DNA from: Candidatus Cloacimonadales bacterium
Lineage (GTDB): Bacteria > Cloacimonadota > Cloacimonadia > Cloacimonadales > JAIOQZ01
Direction: 5' to 3'
DNA length: 64,000 nucleotides
Assembly (NCBI GenBank): GCA_963662655.2
Contig: CAXXTU010000002.1
Location: forward strand, 3,040,001 to 3,104,000
The notes under the pieces are model-generated. The model was not told the origin of the DNA. It made no database searches and was given only the letters and a program-made list of their open reading frames with translations. Below, piece after piece: positions 9,440 through 18,881 of this stretch. A program made the position numbers and the translations under genes. Position 1 is the first letter of the stretch; each line of letters begins with the position of its first letter.

Positions 9440-10129
9440 ATGATCAAGACAGATAATCTTACAAAGGTGTACCGGACGGATGAAGTTGAAACGACCGCTT
9501 TGAATCAGGTCTCGATCGAAATCGGCGATGGCGAGTTCGTATCCGTGATGGGCCCTTCCGGCTGCGGAAAATCGACCCTGTTGAACATTCTCGGCTTGCT
9601 GGATTCACCCACAAACGGCAAAATCGATTTCCTCGGACATGAGGTGGCCGGTTACAACGAGCGCAAGCGCACCAACCTGAGAAAATCGAACATCGGTTTC
9701 ATTTTCCAGAACTTCAACCTCATCGACGAGCTGACGGTCTACGAGAATGTCGAATTGCCGCTTCTGTATCTGAAAATGAGCGCTTCCGAGAGAAAGAAAC
9801 ACGTGGAAGCAGTGCTCGACAAGATGAAGATCGCTCATCGCAAGAAACACTTCCCCCAGCAGCTTTCCGGCGGTCAGCAGCAGCGTGTGGCAGTCGCCCG
9901 AGCGGTTGTAACCAATCCGAAGCTCATCCTGGCAGACGAGCCCACCGGTAATCTCGATTCGGGCCATAGCGAAGAAGTGATGGAACTTCTCTCCGGTCTT
10001 CACAAAGAGGGAACCACCATCGTGATGGTTACCCACTCTCCCACCGATGCGGAATACAGCGAACGGATCATTCATCTTTTCGACGGTCATGTTGTAACCA
10101 AGTCGGGCGAGAAGGAGTTCCACCTGTAA
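9440..10129 (+). CDS. ABC transporter ATP-binding protein (MacB/LolD type)
   Basis: GPSGCGKST, LSGGQQQR, LADEPTGNLD, VTH; GGAGG RBS before ATG 9440. Confidence 0.95.
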   Translation: MIKTDNLTKVYRTDEVETTALNQVSIEIGDGEFVSVMGPSGCGKSTLLNILGLLDSPTNGKIDFLGHEVAGYNERKRTNLRKSNIGFIFQNFNLIDELTVYENVELPLLYLKMSASERKKHVEAVLDKMKIAHRKKHFPQQLSGGQQQRVAVARAVVTNPKLILADEPTGNLDSGHSEEVMELLSGLHKEGTTIVMVTHSPTDAEYSERIIHLFDGHVVTKSGEKEFHL

Positions 10130-10191
10130 TCCGAAGTAATATATGCCTTTACTGATCTGATCTTCTTCATTGGCATCAACAGGGAGCGTAT

Positions 10192-12627
10192 ATGCTGAAA
10201 AACTACCTGATTGTGGCTTTTCGTAATCTCAAGCGTAATAAATTTTACTCTGTCATTAACATCCTTGGCCTCGCGATTGGCTTGACCTGCATGATTTTAA
10301 TCATGCTCTACGTCAACGATGAGCTATCGTACGACAAGCATCATCTGAACCACGAGAGGGTCTACCGCCTCGAGTCTCATTTCACCATACAGGACAAGGA
10401 TGACTATTTCGCGCTCAATTCACTTCCATTCGCGCAAGCGATGAAGGATGAATACCCCGAGGTCGAGGAGATCGTACGCTTCAGGGAAAAAGCCAACACG
10501 ATGTTCAAGCTCGGCGAGAAGCAGTTCTTCGAAAATGCAATATTCTTTGCCGATTCAACCGTTTTCAAGGTGTTTACGTATCCCTTTATCTATGGCGATC
10601 CTGCAACAGCTCTCACCAAGCCGCGTACGATCGTGATTACGAAATCGATGTCCGAGAGGTTTTTCGGGAGCGCCAACCCCATAGGTGAAGAACTCGAGAC
10701 CGGATCCAGGCAAAAGCTTACGGTGACGGGTGTTATCGAGGACCTGCCCAAGAACTCTCACGTGCTGTTCAACGCGCTCATCTCCATGAAGACGCTCGAA
10801 GCCTTCTACGGCCCGGAGCGCTTCGATACGGGAAATCCCGGCAATTTCTGGAATATCGGCTATATGGCCTTCATGATGGTGAAGGAGGGAACCGATCCCC
10901 AGATTTTCTACGATCGTTTTCCCGATTTCTACGACAAATACATGCGAGCTGTCGGCGATGCGATCAACTCCAGCTATGAGCTGATGCTGACGCCCCTGGC
11001 CGATATCCACTTGCACTCCCGGCTCGATTGGGACCTCCCCACCGGGAATATCGTTTATGTGAGGATTTTCAGCATCGTCGGATTGTTCCTGCTCATTATT
11101 GCCTGTATCAACTATATGAACATGGCCACGGCTCGCGCAACGAGAAGAGCGCGCGAAGTGGGCATCCGCAAGGCCGTGGGCGGGGGACGCGGAAGTCTCG
11201 TAAGGCAGTTCCTGGGCGAATCCGTTCTTATGGCGCTGATATCTCTCGTTCTGGCGATCATTCTCGCGGAACTGCTGATTCCCATATTTAGCCAGATGAC
11301 GGACAAACAGATCACCTTCAATCCGTTCGAGAGGCCGATGCTCAGCCTCGCAATCGTCGGGTTGACCTTGTTTGTCGGATTGGTTGCCGGCAGTTATCCG
11401 GCGTTTTACCTGTCGGCTTTCAAGCCGGTTCAGGTTCTCAAGGCGTCGGCGCTCTCCACCAGGCGGGGAAGCACGCTGAGAAAGCTTCTGGTTTTCATGC
11501 AATTCACCATCTCGGTAGTGATGATTATCGGCACGCTGATTGTCATCGGGCAGATCAATTACCTGAAAACGAAGCCGCTGGGCTACGCGAAGGATAACAT
11601 TGTGTATTTTGAGGTAAGGGATACGGTGATTTCCAGGCAGATACCGAACCTGAAAGAGGAATTCAAGAACAATCCGAACATCCTGGGAACCGGGGCATCC
11701 AATTCCGTCCCGGGTGAGGAAACCGCGAAGCTGGTTATATTCGTTGAAAGCGAAGATGGCTACAAAGAAGAGCCGATGAACCTGATCTGGGTCGACAACG
11801 ATTATCTCCCGTTGCTGGAGTATCAGCTCGTCGAAGGTCGCTACTTCGACGAGGAGATGAAGACCGATATGGAGCAGGGGATTCTGATCAACGAGACCTT
11901 CGCTCGCGAATACAACTGGATGGATGATCCGCTGGGTAAGAAAATCAGCTTTGGACGGGGAGACGACGGTTCGTACGAAATTGAACTGAGCGTGATCGGC
12001 GTTCTGAAGGACTTCAATTACCGGACGCTCCACAACAATATTGAGCCCCTGGCAATACTCCTTGGCGGGGAGGGCGCAGCCATGGGGAACCTTTCCCGCA
12101 TGTATGTGAAGATTTCGGCGGAGAACACCGCGGAGACCATCCAGTACATGAAGGAAGCGTGGGAGAAGCACATCAAGGAATACCCGTTCCAGTTCAAGTT
12201 CCTGGAAGATTCCTTGAATACCCTGTACGAGTCGGAACGCAGGCTCGGCTTGATTTTCAGCTATCTGGCGTTCCTGTGTATCTTAATCGCGTGTATGGGA
12301 TTGCTCGGACTTTCCGTATTCATCACGGAGCAGCGAACCAAGGAGATTGGCATCCGCAAGGTGATGGGCGCGGAGGTCGGGAATATTTTCATCCTGCTCG
12401 TGAAGGGATTTATGACCCTGGTGAGCGTTTCGACGCTCGTGGCCATGCCGATCGCCTGGGTTGCTCTCGACAAGTGGTTGCAGAATTTTGCCTACCAGGT
12501 GGAGATTAATTGGCTGTGGCTGATTGCCGGCGCAGGCATCGCAATTCTGATTGCTTTTCTGACCATCGCGCTTCAAGCTTTGAGGGCGGCGAGATCGAAT
12601 CCGGTTAGTGCCTTGCAGTACGAATAA
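10192..12627 (+). CDS. ABC transporter permease (duplicated MacB-PCD/FtsX domains)
   Basis: INILGLAIG, IACINYMN..TAR..RAREVGIRK, EQRTKEIGIRKVMGA, NPVSALQYE. Confidence 0.93.
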   Translation: MLKNYLIVAFRNLKRNKFYSVINILGLAIGLTCMILIMLYVNDELSYDKHHLNHERVYRLESHFTIQDKDDYFALNSLPFAQAMKDEYPEVEEIVRFREKANTMFKLGEKQFFENAIFFADSTVFKVFTYPFIYGDPATALTKPRTIVITKSMSERFFGSANPIGEELETGSRQKLTVTGVIEDLPKNSHVLFNALISMKTLEAFYGPERFDTGNPGNFWNIGYMAFMMVKEGTDPQIFYDRFPDFYDKYMRAVGDAINSSYELMLTPLADIHLHSRLDWDLPTGNIVYVRIFSIVGLFLLIIACINYMNMATARATRRAREVGIRKAVGGGRGSLVRQFLGESVLMALISLVLAIILAELLIPIFSQMTDKQITFNPFERPMLSLAIVGLTLFVGLVAGSYPAFYLSAFKPVQVLKASALSTRRGSTLRKLLVFMQFTISVVMIIGTLIVIGQINYLKTKPLGYAKDNIVYFEVRDTVISRQIPNLKEEFKNNPNILGTGASNSVPGEETAKLVIFVESEDGYKEEPMNLIWVDNDYLPLLEYQLVEGRYFDEEMKTDMEQGILINETFAREYNWMDDPLGKKISFGRGDDGSYEIELSVIGVLKDFNYRTLHNNIEPLAILLGGEGAAMGNLSRMYVKISAENTAETIQYMKEAWEKHIKEYPFQFKFLEDSLNTLYESERRLGLIFSYLAFLCILIACMGLLGLSVFITEQRTKEIGIRKVMGAEVGNIFILLVKGFMTLVSVSTLVAMPIAWVALDKWLQNFAYQVEINWLWLIAGAGIAILIAFLTIALQALRAARSNPVSALQYE

Positions 12628-12637
12628 ACACTTTCTC

Positions 12638-12667
12638 TTGACAATTGATACATGAGTGGTGTTTAAT
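12638..12667 (+). promoter_or_regulatory. Sigma70-type promoter of the second ABC ATPase
   Basis: TTGACA-N18-TTTAAT in the 77-bp intergenic gap. Confidence 0.45.
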
Positions 12668-12704
12668 TGTTCATTGGGGCTCATGACAATCGGAGGTTGA
12701 ATAC

Positions 12705-13418
12705 ATGATTCGGATGGAATCAATTACGAAATTATACAAGACGAAAGAGATTGAAACAGCAGCGTTGAAAGAAGTTAGCCTGGAGATTCGGAAAGGTGAA
12801 TTCGTGGCGGTGATGGGACCATCAGGTTGCGGAAAATCGACCCTTCTGAATATCATCGGGATGCTCGATTCTCCATCCTCGGGAAAATTCTGGTTTAGCG
12901 ATCAGGAGGTATCCAGCTACTCGGAAAGACGACGCACCAATATCCGTAAAATCAACATCGGTATCGTGTTCCAAAGCTTCAACCTTATCGACGAGCTTAC
13001 CGTATATCAGAATATCGAGCTTCCGCTCGTTTACTTGGGAATCAGAGGAAAGGATCGCAAGCGACGCGTTCGCGATATGCTGGATCGCATGAATATCGCA
13101 CCGCGAGCCAACCACTATCCGCTTCAGCTTTCGGGCGGTCAACAGCAGCGTGTGGCCGTGGCCCGTGCCGTGATCGCCAGCCCGAAAATGCTTCTCGCGG
13201 ACGAGCCGACCGGTAATCTCGACAGCGAACACGGTAAAGAGGTGATGAACCTGATCTCCGAATTGAACGAGGCAGGAACGACGGTTGTCATGGTTACCCA
13301 CTCGCCAACGCACGCCGCGTACAGCCATCGCATTCTGAACTTGTTCGACGGGAAGATTATCACGGAGAACATCCAGGACGGCAAGAGGGCCGCAAGCCAG
13401 GACAATCGATTCTTTTAA
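12705..13418 (+). CDS. Second ABC transporter ATP-binding protein (paralog of 9440..10129)
   Basis: GPSGCGKST, LSGGQQQR, LADEPTGNLD; GGAGG RBS. Confidence 0.93.
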   Translation: MIRMESITKLYKTKEIETAALKEVSLEIRKGEFVAVMGPSGCGKSTLLNIIGMLDSPSSGKFWFSDQEVSSYSERRRTNIRKINIGIVFQSFNLIDELTVYQNIELPLVYLGIRGKDRKRRVRDMLDRMNIAPRANHYPLQLSGGQQQRVAVARAVIASPKMLLADEPTGNLDSEHGKEVMNLISELNEAGTTVVMVTHSPTHAAYSHRILNLFDGKIITENIQDGKRAASQDNRFF

Positions 13419-13433
13419 ATAGACTATCTTCTC

Positions 13434-13466
13434 AAAAAAAAGAGCCTGATTCGCATCAGGCTCTTC
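13434..13466. terminator. Intrinsic terminator between convergent genes
   Basis: AAGAGCCTGAT-TCGC-ATCAGGCTCTT hairpin preceded by an A-run. Confidence 0.8.
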
Positions 13467-13502
13467 TCCATTATCCATAGCCCCTTGCAGGGCATCACGT
13501 TG

Positions 13503-16500
13503 TTATTTCAGCATAACCATCTTCTTGACGGATACGTAGGTCTTCCCGTGGAGTGCGTAAACGTAAACACCCGTTCCAACCTGCTTGCCGGAGTCGTCTC
13601 TACCGTCCCATGAAATCTGATGCGGGCCTGCTTGCATTCGTGAAGAAGCAAGCGTTCGGACTTTCTGCCCAAGCGTGTTGTAGACTGTGAGATTCACATG
13701 CTGTTCCGTTGCCAGCTCGAAGCTGATAACGGTCGTCGGGTTGAATGGATTGGGGCATGCGCCGATAAGCCGCGTTGTGAATTCGGGCGTGCTGCTATCA
13801 TCGTTGGATACAATCTCCGCCTCGACGACATTCGAAGGATCCGATTCGGTTCCCCGATACATCGCCGTAACGCAGTAATGATAGACTCCCGCAGCCATAT
13901 CTTCATCGGTATAGGTGAGGGTCTCGCTGCCGGAGAGCTCCGCAATCATTTCATCTTCGCAATACACTCTGAAGCCAGTCAGGTCGTTGCGTGCAAGCGT
14001 CTTGGACGAAGAATCGTTCATTCGAAGGGCACGGTCGGACGGCATATCCCATGTGAGGATGATGTTGCAATTATCTTCGATATCAGCCGAAAGGTTCAAC
14101 GGAGGCATTGGGAGCCATATTGTGGCTTCCGCTTCGTTCGAAACCGGTGAATTGCCTTCTTCATAGGTTGCGGAGACCGTGTACAGGTACGTCCCGTTTG
14201 CAAGGCCTTCGTCGAGGTACTCGAGCGTCTCGGAATCTTCGATTTCGCTGATCAGTTCTTCATCGCGGTAGACCTTGTATCCCAGGACTTCGTCGGAGTC
14301 GCTTGGCGCGATCCATTGAAGCTGGACGTTGTTGCCGTTTTCCGAATGAGCGGTAAGCTCTGTGGGGGGGTACAACGACGGTGGAAGGATGATGTAATCG
14401 ATCCAGGCGCAGTCCTCGCCTTCCGTTGAGTTGTTGACCTTCAGGTAACGCCAGGCAATTGTATGTGCACCGTATGAGATCGGGAATGACGAGAAGCTCC
14501 AGTCGATTTCACCGTCCCAGCGTCCCATTTCTTCGTCGTCGATCAGGAAGACGAGCCTGTCCAGGTTGTCGTTCTCGTCGTCTTCGCATGAAACTTTCTT
14601 GGCGAAGGTCACTTCGCTTTCATACGGAATGTAGACATCGAGGCATAGTTCGGTGTAGAAGTATCCCGGGATCTCAGCGCTACGGGCCGAATAAGCGCCT
14701 TCCAGAGCTTGGGAATCGTCCACGTACCATGGAACCTGCGAGTTGTAGTACCATTCGAACATGGACAGATCGCCGCTCTCGAAGCTTTCGCTGGATTCGG
14801 CGAGCGTGGTGAATGTCCAGGTGTTGCCCTCGGTGTAGCCATGAACGTTAACGGCGTCGATTCGCCAGTAGTATTGTGTTCCGAACTCGAGCAGGCCGTC
14901 GAGGTTGTAGGACGTATCGGTGGTTTGTTCGCCGTTGAGGATGTTGGTGGGCGGGTATTCCGTTCCCAGATAGACCATGTAGTATTCGGCTGGATTCCCA
15001 CCGCCATCGTGCCACTGAATATCTGTTCCTGAGTGGGTGTAAACACATTCGTTTTCGGGAATCGGGTGGATCGGAGCGTAAGGCGGCATATCCGGGGGAG
15101 TTGTCGCTTCGACGGCCAGCAGGGCGTCAACCCGACCCGAGCCGTAGGTGTTGTCCTTCTCGTCCGTGATAACATAGCGGTTGTTCTCGAGGATCTGATC
15201 GATCTCTTCCGGCATGAGGTACTCGTTTTTATCCAGCATGAGTGCGATAACACCCGCGACGCACGGAGTCGCCATGGAGGTTCCGTCCCAGCCGTCGGCA
15301 TAGCCCGTATTGCTGCTGTAATCGAGTGATTTGATGTTTGCCCCCGGCGCAACGATATCGGGGCGTATCAGCCCGATTTCGACGACGTCGTTCGGCGTGT
15401 AGGGGTAATCCCCATAGGTATTGACATCTTCCCACGTACACGGACCACGGCTCGAGAAGTTCGCAATCGTGTTGCCGCTGTTGGTTGCGCCTACGCAAAC
15501 AACGCACGAGAGATCGCCCTCGAGCGTTTGATCGGGATGCAACCACGGAGGAGGGCAGCAACCGGGAACGCGTACGTTATGCGGAACCGGATACCAGCCT
15601 GTATAATCGCCTTCATTACCGGCAGCGACTGCTCCGGTAACGCCGGCTGCAAGCGTGTTGACCATCGTGTCGCGCCAGCTCTCATAATCGGGGTTGGAAC
15701 TGTCCGTCCAGCCAAGCGACATGCTAAATGCGTTCGCGCCGTGCTCTACGGCGAATTCGACCGCCTCCCATACATCGGATTCCTGGCCGTTTCCCGAACC
15801 TGTCAGAACCTTGAGGCACATAATGGTTGCATCGGGCGCCATGCCGGTTTGCGATCCGGAGGTTCCGTCGCCGGCTACAGTTCCCGCGCAGTGGGTTCCG
15901 TGACCGTTGTCGTCCATGGGATTCGTGTCGTTATTGGCAAAGTCGTAGCCGTGGTTCGGATAGTCTTCGTCTTCCCATACGTGATCCGAGAGGTCGGTGT
16001 GATTGTAGTTCACGCCGGTATCGATAACGGCGATGGTAATCCCCTCGCCGGTATATCCGAGATCCCACACCTGATGGGCGTTGACATTGGTGACGTTCCA
16101 GGTTATTTCCCGCTGACCGTCTACAATTCGCGAGTTCTGCCATTCGCGGGGATCAAGGAGATTCTGCTCGTTGTCCCAATCGATCCTGCGGATATCCGCG
16201 CGCCCGGCGAGCGATTCGATCGCTTCCGCCGTTGCGTCGCAAAGAATAACATTCGCAATCCACAGTGAGCGGACGTCGCTAACGTTTCCGCGGTTCGACA
16301 GGAGTGTTTGCTTGATTTCCCGCTGCGTGTAACTTGAAAAATTCTTCAATTCGTCAACAACGTATTGTCTCCGTTGCTGCACCGGTAAAGCTCTTGATTC
16401 GGCCAATAATTGTGCCGATGGCGTGCGCTCGGACAGCGCAATGATAATCGGAATCATTTCATCGGAAGAGGTTGAAAGCATCTTCTCTTGCAGTTCTGTG

Positions 16501-16583
16501 GTGAGCGTTGCTTCAGGCAGTGCAAACAACGATGCAAAAAAAGACATCGTAATGAACACTGTTACGATCATTCGTTTTAACAT
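13503..16583 (-). CDS. Secreted S8 (subtilisin-family) serine peptidase with propeptide, Ig-like and two FN3 domains and C-terminal sorting domain
   Basis: IDTG, HGTHCAG, AAGN, GTSMATP; C-terminal CPNPFNPTT...GTGVYVY...KKMVMLK; start MLKRMIV after AAGGAG. Confidence 0.93.
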   Translation of the reverse strand: MLKRMIVTVFITMSFFASLFALPEATLTTELQEKMLSTSSDEMIPIIIALSERTPSAQLLAESRALPVQQRRQYVVDELKNFSSYTQREIKQTLLSNRGNVSDVRSLWIANVILCDATAEAIESLAGRADIRRIDWDNEQNLLDPREWQNSRIVDGQREITWNVTNVNAHQVWDLGYTGEGITIAVIDTGVNYNHTDLSDHVWEDEDYPNHGYDFANNDTNPMDDNGHGTHCAGTVAGDGTSGSQTGMAPDATIMCLKVLTGSGNGQESDVWEAVEFAVEHGANAFSMSLGWTDSSNPDYESWRDTMVNTLAAGVTGAVAAGNEGDYTGWYPVPHNVRVPGCCPPPWLHPDQTLEGDLSCVVCVGATNSGNTIANFSSRGPCTWEDVNTYGDYPYTPNDVVEIGLIRPDIVAPGANIKSLDYSSNTGYADGWDGTSMATPCVAGVIALMLDKNEYLMPEEIDQILENNRYVITDEKDNTYGSGRVDALLAVEATTPPDMPPYAPIHPIPENECVYTHSGTDIQWHDGGGNPAEYYMVYLGTEYPPTNILNGEQTTDTSYNLDGLLEFGTQYYWRIDAVNVHGYTEGNTWTFTTLAESSESFESGDLSMFEWYYNSQVPWYVDDSQALEGAYSARSAEIPGYFYTELCLDVYIPYESEVTFAKKVSCEDDENDNLDRLVFLIDDEEMGRWDGEIDWSFSSFPISYGAHTIAWRYLKVNNSTEGEDCAWIDYIILPPSLYPPTELTAHSENGNNVQLQWIAPSDSDEVLGYKVYRDEELISEIEDSETLEYLDEGLANGTYLYTVSATYEEGNSPVSNEAEATIWLPMPPLNLSADIEDNCNIILTWDMPSDRALRMNDSSSKTLARNDLTGFRVYCEDEMIAELSGSETLTYTDEDMAAGVYHYCVTAMYRGTESDPSNVVEAEIVSNDDSSTPEFTTRLIGACPNPFNPTTVISFELATEQHVNLTVYNTLGQKVRTLASSRMQAGPHQISWDGRDDSGKQVGTGVYVYALHGKTYVSVKKMVMLK

Positions 16584-16680
16584 CTGGGACTCCTTACTTC
16601 TTATATATCGCAATAGACCGATTGCATATTTTGTTCCGATTACACCGATAGTGAGACGACTGAAATTGTAAAGAAATAAG

Positions 16681-16707
16681 AAAAAGGCTGGCGAAAAGCC
16701 AGCCTTT
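16681..16707 (-). terminator. Intrinsic terminator (duplicate of 18835..18862)
   Basis: AAAGGCTGGC-GAAAA-GCCAGCCTTT with flanking A-run (U-tract on minus strand). Confidence 0.8.
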
Positions 16708-16726
16708 CATAATGAAGCCGTCTGAA

Positions 16727-18717
16727 CTATTTCAGAAGCAGCATCTTGTTGATTTTCTTGTATGATTCGGTTTCAAGGCGGTAGAAATAGATACCAGAAC
16801 CAACAGGATTGTCGTTGTTATCGGTCCCGCTCCATTCAAGTTTATAAGATCCTGTGCTGAACGCAGGGTAGTTCTTTACAACCTGGCCAAGTACGTTGTA
16901 GATAGTGAGTTTGGCAGTTTCTTGCTTAGCAACCGAGAACTTGATGGTGGTTTTCGGGTTGAAAGGATTCGGGTAAGCGTCGCTGAGAACCGTGAATTCG
17001 GGAATAGTCGGAACTGGCTCGGGGATGGTAACGGCAACAGGGCCATAGATTGCTGCATATCCATTGTTTTCGATTGCCTGAATCCAGTAGTAGTAGTCGC
17101 CGGAATAAACGCTGTTATCGACTACTTCGTATGTTGCTGAGCTACTCTGATTACCAGCAGGGATGATGCTATCGTTCATGAAGGTTGCTGTATAGAAATT
17201 ATCTTCCTGACTGCGAAGAATGTTATAACCCATCATGTCCGATTCGGATTCTGTTACCCACTTGAGAAGAACACTCCCTTCTGACGGGTTAAATGAAGCA
17301 TGCAATGATCGGAAAAAGAAGTTCAACGTCATTTCGTGCGCGATGATCTCGATATCGCCACCTGTTCGCGATAACAAATTGAGGCCGGTTATGCTAATAA
17401 TGCCCGTGACGTCATTATAGTTCCAGGCTGCTGGAGATGTGAACTCCTGCCAGGTATCCCCTTCATTGTGGTAGAACAAATCGGTAATCGTGAAACCGGG
17501 TCCTACATCGAGCTCAATCGTTCCGTTCAAGTTTGACGGATCCCCAGCGTCGATGTCCAATCCAAACAGGAAAGAGGTGATCACAAGCGGTAGGCCGGGG
17601 CTCCCGAGCTCGTAAAGCTTTTCAGGGTCCAAAGTAAAATCCACAATTACAAGTGACGCTACGCCGGCAATCGGATCGATACGTACCTGCAAGGATGGTA
17701 GATTAATTACAACGGGGTCGGTTCCATTGCAGAAACCGGCATTTTGTTCGGCGTTTTCTCCCTCAGCGTACGTATGGAAACTCCAGATGAGAGGATCACC
17801 GGATGCACGTGATGCAATCCGAGATTCTTGGGAAGCAGGCGGTGAATAGCAAGGAGTGACTTTTGCATAGTAAGTCGTACTTTGTAACAACGCTGTGGGT
17901 ATCTCAGCCACCGTAACGGAAACTTCAATGCTGTCGATAAATGGAGATGCGAATTCTGCGTTATCGGCGAGTGTAACAATGTAACTTGTGGGTGCAACGC
18001 CAGATTCCGGAGCCTCCCACCAGAGGCATGGAAGGTCAAACGAAACTCCTGTCGCTCCGTCAGAAGGATACGGGTTGATCGGTGCATCCGGCGCCCACAC
18101 GGACACGCTGAACACAAAATCATTGTAACTCTGATCGATTGATTCGACATAGAAGAATTCCGGATCGAAGCAATAACCCTCTTTTGAAGGAGTTATTGTA
18201 ACCTCATCTCCATCGACAACGGTAAACAACCAATCCCCATTTACATCTGTAGTCAGACTCGAAGGCTCGGTGTTTGTACCCGTGAACATAACGCCGGCCT
18301 TGCCAATATTTCCACTGACCGTAAGTGGACCATAGCTATTGAGGATGATGTTTCCAATGTTGGTATTTGCACCCGCCTCGAGTATCCAGCTTCCTGATAA
18401 ATCCTGAGACGTAACATTGTCGATAAAATGAATGTTGAACATATCCCCGGGAAGCTCATTTCCACGAAAGACAAAGGAATTGTAAATGCGCCGTTAGCCT
18501 CGATATTGTACACAGATCCTACGGCTGTATCTTCTTGATCTGGATAATTGAAGAAGTAATGTTGAATATCGCCGTCCTTCCATATTTCCCAACCCGGGTT
18601 TTCCGGGTGCGAAAAAGCATCTGCAAGATACAATTGCCCGGATATCGTATCAACTGATTGGGCGAATGAAACGCTAATTGCTATAATAAACAGAGAAACG
18701 AAAATTGACCTTTTCAT
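16727..18717 (-). pseudogene. Frameshifted paralog of the 680-aa sorting-domain surface protein
   Basis: Signal-peptide ORF MKRSIFVSLF... (from 18717) aligns with the paralog N-terminus (YNWPGQTDTANGS vs FNYPDQEDTAVGS). Homology continues in another frame (track ORF 16727..18442). Frameshift lies between about 18445 and 18492. Confidence 0.8.
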
Positions 18718-18834
18718 CAAAGACTCCCTTGCAAATGGTTGGGGATATTTTGATAGCAATAACGAGAGACAAAGTTAAGTAAAGATGTAGTGATAAACAG
18801 GTTGCATGTCAAGATAAATAATTTAAGAAAAACA

Positions 18835-18862
18835 AAAAAAGGCTGGCAAAAAGCCAGCCTTT
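18835..18862 (-). terminator. Intrinsic terminator
   Basis: AAAGGCTGGC-AAAAA-GCCAGCCTTT with flanking A-run. Confidence 0.8.
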
Positions 18863-18881
18863 AATAATGAAGCCGTCTGAA

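Noticed and set aside
10555..12171. Long antisense ORFs (538 aa here; also 58706..60433, 42639..43715, 46392..47330)
   Set aside because: Shadow frames opposite well-supported genes, with no motifs.
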